Shown: positions 1 through 14,365 of the stretch, one piece after another
Layout: the number at the start of each line of letters is the position of its first letter
How positions within the stretch are numbered: position 1 is the first letter of the stretch
NCBI RefSeq assembly: GCF_004010195.1
Contig: NC_057744.1
Coordinates: forward strand, 13,295,518 to 13,359,517
Reading direction: 5' to 3'
DNA: 64,000 nt
Source of the DNA: Chiloscyllium plagiosum
Taxonomy: Eukaryota
Translations under genes and position numbers: made by a program
Notes under the pieces: model-generated
What the model was told of the DNA's origin: nothing
Database searches by the model: none
The model's input: the letters and a program-made list of their open reading frames with translations, nothing else

Positions 1-225
1 TATCCACAAACCTACTAATTTGACCAGCTACATTTTCCTCCAAAACATTTATATAAATCATGAACAGCAGAGGTCCCAGCACTGATCCCTGTGGAACACC
101 ATTAGCCACAGCCCTCCATTCCACCACTACCTTCTGTCTCCTATGACTAAGCCAATTCTGTGTCCATCTTGCCAGCTCACCCCTGATATCATGTGACTTC
201 ACCTTTTATACCAGTCTGCCATGAG
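1..225 (-). mobile_element. CR1-type LINE reverse-transcriptase fragment
   Basis: Reverse complement of ~70-103 reads ggtgttccacagggatcagtgctgggacctct = GVPQGSVLGPL (LINE RT motif). Confidence 0.85.
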
Positions 226-516
226 CCATGATTTTCCTATGTTTCTAAGTTGCAATAAAGGCTCAAGAAACATCCCAGGTATGTGTTAAGCTGTTTGAGA
301 TAAATGTCAAACTTAAATTATTAACTAAACGTAGTCAGGTTCTGAAATGTTTTTCTTGTGATCAACATGAAATGAACACTAATTCAATGGCTGTGTTTAA
401 TTTATCAATATTCTTAGTTGCTTTCATTTATCTAGATAAATTAAATTTCCTAAATATTGCGTATGTGGATATTTAGCCAGTAATAACATACATGTAATAA
501 ACAGCAGTTAAGTATA

Positions 517-745
517 AACCACATTACTGTGGATTTGCAGTCACACGTAGTCCAAACCAGGTAAAGATGCCAGTTTCCTTCCAAAGGGACATTAGTGAAC
601 TAAATGGGTTTCATGATTATCATTATACTCTTAAATCCCAATTAATTGAATTCAAACTCCATCTGCCTTCATGGGATTCGAACCCAAATTCCCAGATTAT
701 TACCTGTGATATCCAATGATAATACCACTAGACTGCTGTTTCCCC
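517..745 (-). mobile_element. tRNA-derived SINE, family A (L2-like tail)
   Basis: B-box-like gggattcgaaccc; body matches the copies at 14852-14930, 21636-21858 and 35577-35878. Confidence 0.75.
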
Positions 746-799
746 TAAGTGCAGATACTTAAAGAGAACTTAGAGTTTTAGATGGATAATGAGCAGAAA

Positions 800-1520
800 G
801 CATGGTGAGTAGTTGATGTACTAAATCCTTTTGTCTGGGAAGCTCTTGCTGCTAGTGGGTAGCAGTATGACAGTTGAATATGTGTATGCATCTTTTTTCT
901 CTTTCTAATTTATGTCATTAGAGTTTGCCAATGGTACCAAATTAAGGGCATGCAAACTGTAAGGAAGAACGTAAGAGGTTACACAAGGACATTGATTACT
1001 GAGGTGGACAGATAGATAGTTTAGTTTATTGCAGAGAAACATGAAGTCGTGCGGTTGGGAGAAAAGGGCAGTGAAAGCAAACATACCTTCAATATCTTAA
1101 AGTCTCTTGGAAGAAGTAAGGAATGCAAGGGTGCCAATGCAAAGAGGTAAAGTGTCAAATAAAATTCTGTATTTAGAGCAGAAAGATTACAGTTAGAAGA
1201 AATTAAGCAATGTTGAATTCATGCAAGATGTTCAATCAAATAATTACACATTGTTTGGGGTACATTAAAGTGAATATTGGAGAGGATAATAACAACAGAT
1301 TAGTTGTGAAGTCAGGCTCAAAAAATAGGATTTGTCTTTCCACAGGAAAACAGAAGGTAACTGAGATATATTAGAGGTTTCCAAAATTGGAAATACTTTG
1401 AGAAAATGCAGAGGGAAAGGTTGAGTCCACTGGTATAAAAAGGACATTGGTTCATAAATAATATTACCAGAAAGAAGGGTGAAGATGGACTTTTATCATT
1501 GACATGTTGTTAGAACTCTA
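800..1520 (+). mobile_element. Highly decayed CR1-type LINE (RT C-terminal part)
   Basis: Remnants of FADDTKL / LQKDID / FNAEK and LFSLE.RR.GD.IEVFKI motifs, with many stops and indels. Confidence 0.55.
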
Positions 1521-3339
1521 ATAAATGTGGCTTTTAGGGCAAATACTGAAATAAATGAGTTAAATATTTCAAAAAAAATTATTGTCCAGAATAAAAATAA
1601 GTGAGTCTATGATTGTTCATCATTATGAAAATGAAAGTTAGGCACCCACTTCCAATGACCAAACATGGACACTTAAACACAGAAATCGAGGATTTTTTCC
1701 CATGTTGCCCTTCACTTCCAAAAGCTGCAACATCCCAATATCTCACAAAAGAAACTCAGCATTTAAATCTGTGGAGTGGTACAAAATTGCAATAGTTACC
1801 ACAATAAATACTATTGAGCAAAAGGTAAGGTTCCACCATTTAAGTGGAACAACATGTTTAACAAAAGGATGAAGTCTATTTTAACTTTTTCTTTGCATCT
1901 GATTTAACCATTTTTTACTCAAGGCCATCGCATTTTCCTCTTTTCCTTTCGCATTCTATATGTGATTTGTAATTGAATTAAATATTTTAGCTTTCAGCTT
2001 CTCGAACAAGTTCTGCATTGCTTAACAAAAATTATGATTTCATGTTGCTGTGGAGATTCACAGTTCATTTGTAGCACATATTGCAAAGAAGTGACTCCCT
2101 ACTCACAGTGCAAATGTTCATAGACATTTGGGAGCAACTATAGGTGTACTGAAGGCTTTCGGTCATTATTTGTTCATATGTGTGAAGTAAATGTTTTTCG
2201 AATGATTTTGCAATGGTGTATGTGCAGTCAACCAACATTTTTAATTATTTGTGTTTAGGACATTGGCACATTTATATATTTACCTTATTCATTCATACTC
2301 TGAAGAGATCACCAGTTATTGCCAGCAGCTTATGGACTGTCAGACACTTGCTGTCAGAAGAACACAGTTACCGCACTCTCATCAGGTCACTGCTATGTGC
2401 TGAAACTGAACTTGTAATTGTCTACCCCATGCTATCAATTGCATGCTGGCAATTTGACTAGCAAAACAATTTGATTTAGGGGATATCAAAAATTACTTCA
2501 GCATAAAATAATTTGCTTCATATAATTAAGAACTAATGAAAATATTAATTTGATTATGTTTCAAATGCCATAACTGTGGAAAAGGAAAATAAGATAATAA
2601 AGGTGTGTGAAATATTGAAAATAATTATCATATGAAACATCAAAAATGGTGTCAACCAAGCATGATACAGAAACGTATGCGGGGATCAAAATTGCTTTCT
2701 ATTTTTATGCAGACACAGAATGCACACTTTGAAAGTTACAACTTTTTGCCCTTTCTTCAGTATGTTTATTTTGCCAGTTTGTGAACCATGATAGAAGAAT
2801 TTTTGCAGTCCTTTGTCTTCTGTAATCTCCACTAACATATTCATTTCTCACAAAATCATATGCAAGAAAATTATGCTCACTCTCAATCTGGTTCAGCAGC
2901 CAGTAAATATACAACAGAAAGGCCATTGTGTAAGGAAAACTATGGCATTGCAGTTGGTACTTTGCCAGTTGAATTGGAACACTGATCCAAGATGTCAATA
3001 AAGTATTGCCTTTGTAAAGTGAATGTCTGAAAGTGAAATTCAGTGGTGGCTATTAGTTAAATTGTCAAGAGAGTTTGCGAAATGGCTTACCTGACAAATA
3101 TGCCTGATAGAAGGAGAAAGTTTCAGTTGTATCACTTAAGCATGTTGAAAATGTTTGTTGTATGGAAGAAGATAAGGAGGAAAGTGTGTCAGTTGATAAG
3201 AGTAGTGCAAGATGATGCAGGCAAGAAGAATGAGGTAGAAGCGATGGACAGTTCTGAAAGTGGACCTCCTACAGTTCCACTAACACAACCTTACTTTGAC
3301 AGTTATACACTCTTCTCACAGTGAAAGGACAACAGGAGG

Positions 3340-4270
3340 GTCTTGTAAGATTACTGAGGAATCACAAGGTAATCTGTAGAGATATGTTTAGATGTATTAC
3401 ATTAGCTAGAAATGACATAGACATAGGAGAGTCAGGACCAATAAAACAGCATTCTTGTCAGTTAAACCCAAAAAAAACTGAGGAGGAAACATAGGCTCAG
3501 CACAGGCTGGAAAATCACTTACTTGAAACCAGTATAAGCAGCTGGAGTTCACTGGCAATGATAACTCCTAATCCAGATGGATCAACTAAATTCTGTACAG
3601 ATTATAGAAAGGTGAATGGGGTCACAAAGACAGATTCATACCTAATTTCATTATTATAAGACTGAATTGATTGTGTTGACAGTGCCTTTCTAAAACTGAT
3701 CTACCTGAGGTGTACTGGCAAGCACCACTGACATCAAAGGCTAAAGAAATATTAACTTTTGCTTCAGCAAATGGTTACAACAATGTCAAGATGATGCCCC
3801 CGCTATGTTATAGATACTTAAGAATGAAGATTTATAACTGTATAGTCTATTTAAATAATTATGTGGTATATTGTAACACATGGAATCGCATGGGAGATAA
3901 ATAGAAAACTTGCTTAAACATTTAGAGTTGGCTGACTTAATAATAAATTTAGCCAATAGTAAATGCAAAAAAACAACAGTAACTTACAAACACATTTTAT
4001 AGGTCAAGTGTTACCAAGAACAATGAAATTGATGGCTCTAACAGTATTTCCCATTCCTAAAACTAAATGAGAAATCATGAAATATTTAGGAATGTGTGGA
4101 TTTCATTGTAAATTTGTATGCAACTTCAGCACGAGAGTGAGGCTTTTTTTTTTAAAGAAACAAGCAAAGTCAGTAGAATGCAAGGCTGCCTTTGAGACCT
4201 TGAAACAAATCAAATTATGTGAGCCAGTGTTCAAAAACTGTCATTGGGTCATCATCCTGGAATACACTTC
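3340..4270 (+). mobile_element. Decayed Gypsy LTR-retrotransposon pol (RT and connection)
   Basis: Translates to DIDIGESGPIKQH, SSWSS...PNPDGSTKFCTDYRKVNGVTKTDSY, YWQAPLT..AKEILTF and YLGMCGFHCKFVCNFS; stops and frameshifts. Confidence 0.9.
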
Positions 4271-5092
4271 CTAAAAGCACTGTGAGGCTTCCTCTACCCC
4301 AAGAAGGAAGGTCAGCATCACCCTTCACATCATAATTATAGAAGAGCAAAAGACCGGTCTAGTCAGTGACACCCAGATTCCATGAACAAAAAAAAATGCT
4401 CGACCACAATCCTTGTAGTGAATGATAAAGTAAGTAATTTTTTTTTCCCACTCTGTTTACTGCATAGGTCTAGCTTACTTTGGCTATCTTCTATGAGTGA
4501 GTTGAAGATTGCACAAACCAGTTCTATCCTGCAACTAAAACTCTCTTAGCAAGCACGGACAAAACTAAATCAGAAACTATCTCCATAGTGATGTAGCCTA
4601 GTTGCTCTGGGTCAACATTTAGATTAATTATCTGATTAAATAAATGGATTTTACAACATTTCATGATTTGCTGAATAATTTTAGACTAATTTAGTTCTAC
4701 GTCCCATAATACAAACACTAGAATGCTTTCATTCTTACAAGTATTGCAGATATCATGTCTCCAACTCCCTAGCTAAGCAAATCTACCTGCTGTTTTATAA
4801 TTCTATCTCTTCTACTCTGACTTTACCAAATAAATATGGGTCAGCTTTTCGAATTGCCATTTTTTCAGGCATCGGGTAATCTCTAAAGCCCAGTGTTTTA
4901 ATTACCTTACTTCTAGGACTTTGAAGTTCCCAAAACAAAACAAAATCTCTAAAATAATCATGTGAGCAATGGACTGGTTACTCACAAAAGAACCCTCATT
5001 TTGGACAGTTTTATACTTGTACATTCACTGTGTATTTAATCCCAATTTAGTCAATTCATTATTGCAAAATAGCTAAAGGTGAATTTGGACCA

Positions 5093-5290
5093 AAGAGCTG
5101 CTCTGTCATTAGAGAGAGATGACTGGTGGCGGTTTAACCTGAGGATCACCACACCTCAGGTGAGGGGAGACTTTGAAAAAAAGGGACCTGCATGGTAACA
5201 TGTGTAGGAATGTGTAGCCAGTGTAGGAATTCAAATGATACTGTTGGCATTACTCTGTATCACAAACCAGCCATCCAGCCTTCAGGTGCT
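5093..5290 (-). mobile_element. tRNA-derived SINE, family B
   Basis: Reverse complement similar to the + strand copy at 47818-48030 and to 6730-6895. Confidence 0.65.
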
Positions 5291-6594
5291 AATTGACTAA
5301 TTTTATTGTAATTTTATTGTTATTACATAACAGTTAAACAAAATTCCCCAATAAAGTTTAAACATTGATTTGTAACACATCTCTTTTCATCTCAGGAAAG
5401 AAAGCTGTACTTATTGGAGGTGGAAGGCAATAGATAAACCTGAATTTGCATTGGTAGTATCAGTTTGAACATCAACAAATAGGCACATTTAAATTAATGG
5501 GGTCAGTCACAGTAAGTGTTAAATGAATATTTCAGTTGGAAGTAGCATGCAATTAATAGTTTTGGAAACATTGTGGAATAAAATTGCAAACATTTTAACA
5601 TTATTCCATATTTCTCAATTTGTCCATTTATAAAGTAACTCACACAACATTTAAACTGATGTTATAAGTTGGGTTTTACAGCCACAAGTCCAACAGGCCA
5701 CCAGTACACCACATCAAAGTAAAACACCACATAATGATAACAGGACAGTAATCCAACATCATTCTGCCAATCTCTCCAAACACGGGAGGAGAAGGTGAGT
5801 GACTGCCCAATTCGGAAGTCCAACAATTCTTTGGAAAAAAAAGTACTTATTAGTGATTGACAATGTTAAAAAGTCAGTCCCTTTTCTCAGGAATCAAACA
5901 TGGAATAGTTTGGGAGTGATCAATTTTAGGTATGAGGAGGCAACAGAAAAGCTGAAGAAAAGATCCATGCAGAATCAGGGCCTGCAAACACAGGTGGCAG
6001 CAGTTGACTGCTGGTAGTCCATTTTTCTTAGACCCTTAAAGGATGACATAGCAATTGGGGACAGAGTGAGAAGGTAGTGATCTGTCAAATTGGAACTGAA
6101 TTCTGTTTCACAGCCTAAATCCTCACATCCCACCAGATGTCCAACCACATGACACGTCCTCCTTCATAATCCTACTCAGTTGTCATTCCCGGGAACGTGT
6201 CACTAATTGGCCCATCAGTGCTTGATCGACGTGCTGAAATGGAGGACGTAGGAGCAAGTGGATCAGTTACTCATAAAAAGTAGTTGTACTTATCCAATTC
6301 AATATTTTTCATCCATTAAGTCTCCTTTTATTTACTTGTCTGTCTTGTATAAGTAGGTCTGAGCAGGAATGTAAAGAATGGAACATTTCATATCTATTAA
6401 CAGATTTGAAGGTCAGACAGTTGAATACCAACATTGAAACTATCTATGAAATTATATTTTATAATCTTACAACTGCAAAAAGTATTTCATATTGAGAATA
6501 ATTACAATTGATTCTGGCAGTTTAATGGAAAGAGAAACAGGCTTAACATTTCAATTCTGTATGACCCTTTCTCATAACGCAAAGGTGTTGGAAT

Positions 6595-7061
6595 TTTTAA
6601 AAATACTTTTAAGAGATGCAGAGGAGGAGAAAGCAATGAAGATGCACAATTCAATAGATGAAGTTGGAAATCTCATCAGAAAGAACAGCAGAACATCTTC
6701 ACCATAGCTTCTTCTGGTAAAATCACAAAAGGGCTGTTTTTACAGAAAGATGGCTGGTGATGAGTTTCACCTCACCTCAGGGTAACTACTCCACAGGTGA
6801 GGGGTTTCATAATGACCCCACGCAGTGTGGGAATTGAACCCGCACTGTTGGCCACATTCTGCACCGCAAACTAACCATCTGAGCTAAATGACTCATCACC
6901 AGCCATCTTTCTGTAATGACAGCCCTTTGGTGATTTTACCAGAAGAAGCTATGGTGAAGATGTTCTGCTGTTCTTTCTGATGAGATTTCCAACTTCATCT
7001 TTTGAATTGTGCATCTTTATTGCTTTCTCCTCCTCTGCATCTCTTAAAAGTATTTTTAAAA
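6595..7061. repeat. Long inverted repeat: 171-bp arms (6595-6765 / 6891-7061) around a 125-bp SINE-B-derived spacer
   Basis: Arms are reverse complements with about 5 mismatches by eye. Confidence 0.95.
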
Positions 7062-7158
7062 GTATACTGCAAGAGCACACTCTACTGAATCATTGTGCAA
7101 GTTCCCTTTCCCAAATGGACCTTTCTGAGTAAGTTGACAAATGTTTGGGCAATTAGCA

Positions 7159-7558
7159 AGTTTTGAGAAGATTTATAGCTCAGGTTGAGGTTCTGGATGT
7201 AAGCTTGCTTGCTGAGCTGGAACGTTTGTTTTCAGACATTTCTTCACCATACTAGGGCACATCATCAGTGAGCCTCTGGTGAATCCCTGGTGGTATGGCC
7301 CACTGTCCTTTTATGTGTTTAGGTTTGCTTGGGTTGGTGATGTCATTTCCCATGGCGATATCATTTGCTGTGGTAATGTCATTTCCTGTTCTTTTTCTCG
7401 GATGGTGGTAAATGGTGTCCAAGTCAATTTGGTCCAAGAATTCCGGTTGGAATGCCATGCTTCTAGGAATTCTTGTGTGACTCTCTGTTTCGCTTGTATA
7501 GGATGGATGTGTTGACCCAACTGAAGTGGTGTCCCTCCTCATCTGTATGTAAGGATGT
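7159..7558 (-). mobile_element. Penelope-like element 3' end (GIY-YIG C-terminus + terminal repeat with decayed hammerhead at 7232-7271)
   Basis: ORF 7311-7520 QAKQRVTQEFLEAWHSNRNS; same family as 36519-38167; minus strand tca-ctgatga-t...gaaat-gtc-tga. Confidence 0.85.
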
Positions 7559-7762
7559 TGTTTGGGCAATTCTAAGTTTCAATAACATGTAAGACGATAT
7601 CAGCCAAAAATGCTGAATCTATTCAATTACCAAAAAGAGAATAACATCACTGACACCATCTGAGCTGCAAACAAACTCAGAGTATTTGGGTAGACAGAAA
7701 CATCAAAGTCCTGTTCATGATTTTGTTTTAGAGAAGTGTGGCAATAGGTTAGTAATATTAGT

Positions 7763-9223
7763 TCAATTATGGCTGAGGTAGCTTACTCAGCAGATACTGC
7801 TGAAGAATCAGGAAACTCCTTGCTCTGTACAGTACTGTGTAGTATTCCCCATTGACTCATTAGAGAACTCACTATACATATTGATACCATTGGAAATTAC
7901 ATCACCACAAACTGACCATGAATTGTTGGTTCTATCCCTGAGCTTTGGCATAATTTGTACCCAAATCATTTCCCTTAATGTCTCCATTTTAAAATGACTA
8001 CTTATTAAGCAGGAGCAAGAAAACATTTGACTAACACATTGACAATCACCTCAATTAAATGAGCTGATGGAATGAATGCTTATTAAATTCAGCATCAAAA
8101 TGACAGTCCATAAAAGCAGAACTGTGTGCTTTGGAAAGATGGTGAACTTCAGACACTTCTCCTGAACAATTCTGCCCCCCACCAAGCAGTTGAAACAGTT
8201 CTTAGTAAATTATGCATGATAACACTAAATTGAATGTTTCTCGACAAAGCAAAAATTCCCACGCATTGGGTTTTTGCCCCAGCGGGGTGATAAATACATA
8301 AATGTTTCCATGCCCAAACGCTTTCATTTCCCTTGCTAAATGCTTTTTGTCAAAGGCTGTCAATGAATTCCCTGCTGCACACCAGGCCAATTTAAATTGG
8401 TACCATCTGTGGACCACTGTCTTGTCAGAGATCAAGCTTAGGCTGTCTCTTTCAACTTTATCAAAGTATGATAGCAGTAAATAAACTAAAATTGTTTCAG
8501 AAAAAGATGTGTGGACAGGGACATTTAGTGCCATTTAATTAATGCAATGTAGGAATCAAGTTTACAAAACACTTCTTACCAATATTTTCTCCAACCCACC
8601 TGAAGGCACTGACTCCACATTGGATTTGAAACATAGCTACAGGCAACCACTGCATATAATTTACCATTTAGATACAGGCCATTGAGCCCATTTGGTCACT
8701 GCTGATGCTAATTGGCCACACAGGCATCACCACTGAATTTATCTCATTTTGAGGTATCAATTTAGCCATTTATTGTTTTATCCCTCAAGAACATACCTAC
8801 TTTCTCCTTAAATGAGGTTCAGACTCATGTGTGAACCAATTCCACATTTGGATCATTCTCTCAGTTTACCTAGCAGCCATTTTACATTTACAAATTTAAA
8901 CAGTTGGTAGTTGTGAATGTTAACCGTGGTCCAATGCAATAATTAAGATGAGTGCAATGTGCACTTTACAACAGGCGTTACATGTTAGCTTTCAGAAAGA
9001 GCATCCTCAATGGAATTTTCACTTCTTATGAAAAAGTAGGTCAATTATGGCTGAGGTAGCTAACTCAGCAGACACAGTTGGAAAATCTGGAACCTCCTTG
9101 CTCTGTACGGTACAGCATTCATTCCCCATTGACTCATTAAAGAATCACTGTGCATATTGCTACTATTGGGAATTATATCACCACTAACTGTCCAAAATTG
9201 TCGGTTCTACCCCTGAGCTTTGG
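7763..9223 (+). repeat. Dispersed direct duplication of ~185 bp (7763-7948 and 9041-9223)
   Basis: Both copies run tcaattatggctgaggtagc...attccccattgactcatta...ctgagctttgg; roughly 80% identical by eye. Confidence 0.9.
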
Positions 9224-10629
9224 AGTCAAAAGTAAACTCCTTAATTTATGAGATAACCACTGCAGCAATAGAAATTGTGAAGGTAAGCTTGATGTAGGAC
9301 ATAATTCTTCTTTCACCTCTCATGGTGGTAACATTTGCAATTCAGATGAAAGTCCATCAGAAACACAACTACACAGCAGAGCACCATTCAACAAACATCT
9401 CAAAAAATATGAAATGACATGGAGGTGATCCTGAAAGCTTTTATTGAATGCTATAAATCTGATGTTCATTGCTAAATTGTTTCTTTTTTCCCAAAGCAAC
9501 CAAGCCAATATTAAACAGATCTTCTAAAAAAAAACTTTCAAATCATTATATGGAATATTACAAGTGGTGAGAAAGGCTGGAAGGGGAGCTGAATTCATTC
9601 ATGGGATGTGGGTATTGATGGTTAGACCAGCATTTCTGTTTCATCTTTAAATGCCCTGGACAATGTGAGCTCCTTCTTGAAATACCACAGTCCACGTGGT
9701 AGCGGAACATTCAGTTAGGATTGGAGTTCCAGGATTTTCTTCCAGGGACATGTTGGAATTACAGATTTTTGTTTAAGAACCACAAAGAACTAGAATATAT
9801 AACTGTTTGGTGATTCTGAATGAAAAAGGGCTTTTAACCATGTGACTTCTTGAAAATCAATCGAAAAGTTTAATAAGTTGTGTAAGCCACCTATTGATTA
9901 CAAAACATCATGAATTTTGGAAAGTAGACAAGCAAAGCTTTTAACAGGTATGTTTTATGTCTTTCATTACTTGACAAACTTGGTATGGGAAGAGATGATA
10001 CTCATGCACTGAACATTGCCTCACAACAGCCTCTCAACTAAAGTTGTTGTTTTCAGTACATGTCAGGGAGTCAGCTGAAGAAACAAACCTTGAAGGTGGC
10101 TGCAAAATGAAAGATCTCTCTCTCTATCCCAAACAAGAAGAAACCTCTGAGAAAAACAAGTTGCGCAGATCTCTCTCGTAATGTATCTTCAGTAAGCCTG
10201 AGAAAGTTTCATAAATTTGTAGTTTTAGTTTGCTCTTAAACTCTGAAAGATGAACGTTTACTTCTAACATGACTCTTACCTGAACTGAATTCTGATGTGA
10301 AGATTTCCCATCCATTCCCTGGCTGTCAGCACTGCAATCTTGATGACAAGAAATTGACTGGACTATGAGAAATCTTCCCATTTATTTATATTTGAGTTCA
10401 GAGCTTCAGACTCTTAGCCTACCAGACTGCTTTTTTTTAAAACTCAGGCTGAGAATTCAGGCGGGAGTGTCATCTGAGCTTACCCCAACTCATCAACATG
10501 CAGGAAGAGTAGAGGGAACCCCAGATGGTGTAGAGAGCTTAATTGTTCCTTCTGAGTGCTAAAGGAATTTTTTTTGCATCTCTTGGCCCAGTGGGAAAAT
10601 TAGTAAAAATGTTTGATAAGTTTGCTGCT

Positions 10630-10915
10630 CAAGATTCACTGCAGCATTTCATCAAGACTTCTTCAACAGCTCTTTCCAAACCGATTTCATCTATCACATA
10701 GAAGGCTAATGACAGAAAGGTGCATGGGCACACCACAATCTCCAAGTGACATATCATTCTAACATGGGAATATATCACCAATCTTCACTGCCTCTCCGTC
10801 AAAATCTGAGAACTCCCTCCACAGTAAGTGCTCCTACACCAGATGGACTGCAATGGTTACCACCACCTGCTCAAGGACAATTAAAATTGGGCAATAAATG
10901 CTGACCCATCCAGTA
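10630..10915 (+). mobile_element. L2-type LINE 3' end (related copies 11230-11650 +, 11863-12140 -, 27930-28370 +, 9593-9760 -)
   Basis: Shared tail ...ggactgcagc...caccacct.ctcaagg.caatta...gggcaataaatgctg, also found at the end of SINE family A. Confidence 0.65.
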
Positions 10916-13900
10916 TTACTCACTTCCAATAGCGAATAATAAAGGGAAGTTAAAACTTTCAGAGAAAATATCTCTACCTGTTCCAGCATTATACACACTT
11001 AAATCAGTTTGCCACAGAAGGCGTCTTGGCAACTTGCATATTCTTTGTGAATAAAACATGTTATGCAATTCATGGCCCTCTTGCCCCTGGAGAAACAATG
11101 TGATTTATATAAGGTCACTATGGGAATTAACAGATCTCCCTCCTTAAGCCCCACATATCCTGACTCATAAAAGACTGCCGACCAACTACAAGGCACACGT
11201 TAGCAGTGTGATCGACTAATCCCCAATTTCCTGGATGAGTACATCTCCAACAAGCAGCTTGATGCCATCCAGGACAAAGCAGATCAGATTGTCACTCTGT
11301 TGACCACCTTCAACATTATTTCCCTTTACTCTTGACAAACAGTGGCAGCAACATGTATCATGTATAAAACTTGCTGCAACAACTCACTAAGGCTCTTTTG
11401 AAAATATCTATCAAATACATGACATATCTCAGCGAGAAGGATAAGGGCAGCAGGATAAGTGGGAGCTTCAAGTTCGCCTCCAAACCATACACCATCCTGA
11501 CTTGGAACAATATCACCATTTCTTCATGTTGTATGGTCAAAATCCTAGAACTCTGTTTTTAACAGCACTGTGGCTCACTACCACCTTCTCAAGGCAACAG
11601 GCATGGACAGAAAGTGTTGTCTTAATTGGCAAAACTCACACCCTCTGAAAGAATATTCTTTGATATTCTTTTCTTGACGAGTACTGGCAGCTAATACATG
11701 ACCAAAAATTAAAACAGTGTCACGGTCTGAGTAGCATCACATGGTGTAAAGTTGCTGAGAGGACATTTGTACGACATTCCTCCACAATATTAATTGTGCA
11801 TGACTAAACCCATTCTCTTTGGGCATAGTGTTTTAAAATTCATCTCTGGAATTGATTTTTAAATTCACTCATGGAACCTGGGCAATGCTAGCTGGGCCCT
11901 GCATTTATTGTCTGGAGTTACCCACTAGCAGGAGGTGGTGAGCTGCCTTATTGAATCTCTGCAATCTATTTGGTGTATGTACACCCACCATGCCATTAGC
12001 ATGGGCATTCAGAACTTTGACCCAGCAACATCAAATGAACCACAGTATGTTTCCAAGTCAGGACAATGAGTGGCTTAGAAGAGAACTGGCAGATGATAGT
12101 GTTCCCAAAAATTTGTTGTCCTTGTCTTTTAGGATGCTGAAAGGTGGTTTCTCTAGATGACAATGGAACCCCTTCCAAAGAAAAATGTTTACAGATTGCC
12201 ATTTACAACAAAAATAGTGATTGGCTTATTTTGCCACTGTGATTCTCTCTTGAATGGCATTTCCTTTCTAACTGTTCTGCGTGCTTCTAACTCTTGACTT
12301 CTCAAGAAGATACAAGCTCAGCCATGCACATTTGATGTGAATGATGCTGCCAAGACCAGCACTTATTCCCATATGGGTGAGTCATCTGCTTGGAACTGCT
12401 TGAACTGTGTTTTGGACATATCCATGATGCTGTTAGAGAAAGAGTTCAACATTTTTAACTATGTGGGCGACAGTGATTTCTCATCTTCCACCAGTTCTCT
12501 GTCACCTGAATTATATCATCATTACAATGTGGCCCAGGAAATCGAGCTCCTGAATAAAACTAAAACCAACAGGAATTATAAAAGATACCACAGAGAACAC
12601 TCATAGAACTGTAATGTGCAAAACTAATGTGCGAAAAGAACAATATGGCTAATAATTGACAATTTGAATTTTAGTTAACAAAATACACACAATTTCCACA
12701 CAATTAATTTTCACAGCATTACCTTGCATAAATAAAATGGACTGGCCAGATTTGATTCAAATTCAATGTTGCTCTTGAAATGAATCATTAATGCAATTTC
12801 TGCTTGTGTTTTCACAATTAGTTACCAAACTGTCAGTTTCCTGCCTTCTGAATGATGGGAACTTTTATTCACTTCCCTCTGGTTTGATCTGTGATATTAA
12901 ATCCTGCTAAGAAGGATTTGCTGGGCCAGTTTTTCCCCAAATTCCCAAAGGACCTACTGCCCTGCACATTCGTTTTCAAAGTTCAACTATCATCAGCATT
13001 AATAGTGCTCATTTGGCATTTTTTCTTACTTCTCTGTACTGCTATGATCCTCTTAGACTAAACTGTCCAGTGAAAGAAACTACTGATTTCAAAAGAGGCT
13101 TAACATTTCTTTTTAATAGTGTCTATTCATTGCCCCAGTTTTGCCTTGTTGGAATACAATTTAATATGTACTGTTCCACATTCATCAGTAATTCACCCAT
13201 GTTATCATTGCTTACATACAACCAAGGCAACGAATGGTAACTTTGTCATGGATAGAATTATGGTTTATCCTCACTCACCTGTGCATACCACAGTGCAAGT
13301 CACTGGATAATGATGAAGCAGAGAGATTTTGCTAAACATCTAAGTTGACTAGTTTATTTCTAAATGTAAAAAAAAGGGGAAAATGATACAAAATTGATGT
13401 GAGGGTGGTGGTGGATGCGGTTAGAGGGAAGCATCAATTTTACAAGATAGTTCTGTCACTGAAACACAGCTGGAAGACACATTCTTTCAGGTGACCATGA
13501 CACCAGGCCCCAAATGTATGTTAATGAGGTACCTAACTTTCCATGATCAATTCCAGAAAGCTGTCAGGATCCGGGCTGATAATTAATTGGTCTGCATGTG
13601 ACCTAACTGGAGTCACTGTCCAAAAGAAATGTTCTTTTAATATGTGCTTTAATGTGCAACCAGGGAGAACAGCTGTGATTCTCCAGTTTCATAACATGAC
13701 TATAGGCTCAATTACATCATGGTAGCTACAATAATGGGTTCTTTTAATGAACATCAAACAAACATTACAGCTTTAAAGGAAGAAAACTTAAGTTATCCCA
13801 ATTGCAAAGAAGTCAAGGAAGATTTACTCAAGTGATTACCTAGTAATAGATCCTAGTAGCTTTTAATTGACAGCTATTGTTAGATCAGACCTCTCTCTCC

Positions 13901-14029
13901 TGCTCTGCTCCGTCCCCTCTAGGACAGAGTCTAAATCTGATTCATAACTGCCATGTTACAGTACATAATTACACTTTCTACTTGTCTGTTTTATGGTCTA
14001 ACTAGGGTTGACCTGCATTTATTGGTGTT

Positions 14030-14365
14030 TAGAAGAATGGAGGTAATCTTACTGAAGTGTATAAGATCCTAAGAGGACTTGACAGGGTGGATGCTAAGTC
14101 GAAGATTCTCACTGTGGGAAAGACTAGAACTGCGGGGGGGGGCACCCTGTTTATAAGTAATGAGTCTTTGTGCAATTCTCTTCCCAGGAGAACAGTGGAG
14201 GCAGAGACACTGAATTTTTTCAAGCTTAAGTTAGTTAACAATGTGAGTGAGTCAAAGGTTATAGATAGTCTATAGTAAAGTTGAAGCCAGAATCAGAACA
14301 GCCATGATTTTATCAATTGGTGGAACAAGCCAAGGAGCCAAACAGCTGTTACTCCTAATTTGTAT
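14030..14365 (+). mobile_element. CR1-type LINE 3' fragment
   Basis: ORF 14057-14275 YKILRGLDRVD...NSLPRRTVEAETLNFFK, a CR1 ORF2 C-terminus. Confidence 0.85.

Noticed and set aside
5396-5453. Possible plus-strand small exon after ctcttttcatctcag
   Set aside because: Poor donor and no recognisable peptide
9770-10620. LTR-like stretch
   Set aside because: Could not define TG..CA ends with a TSD
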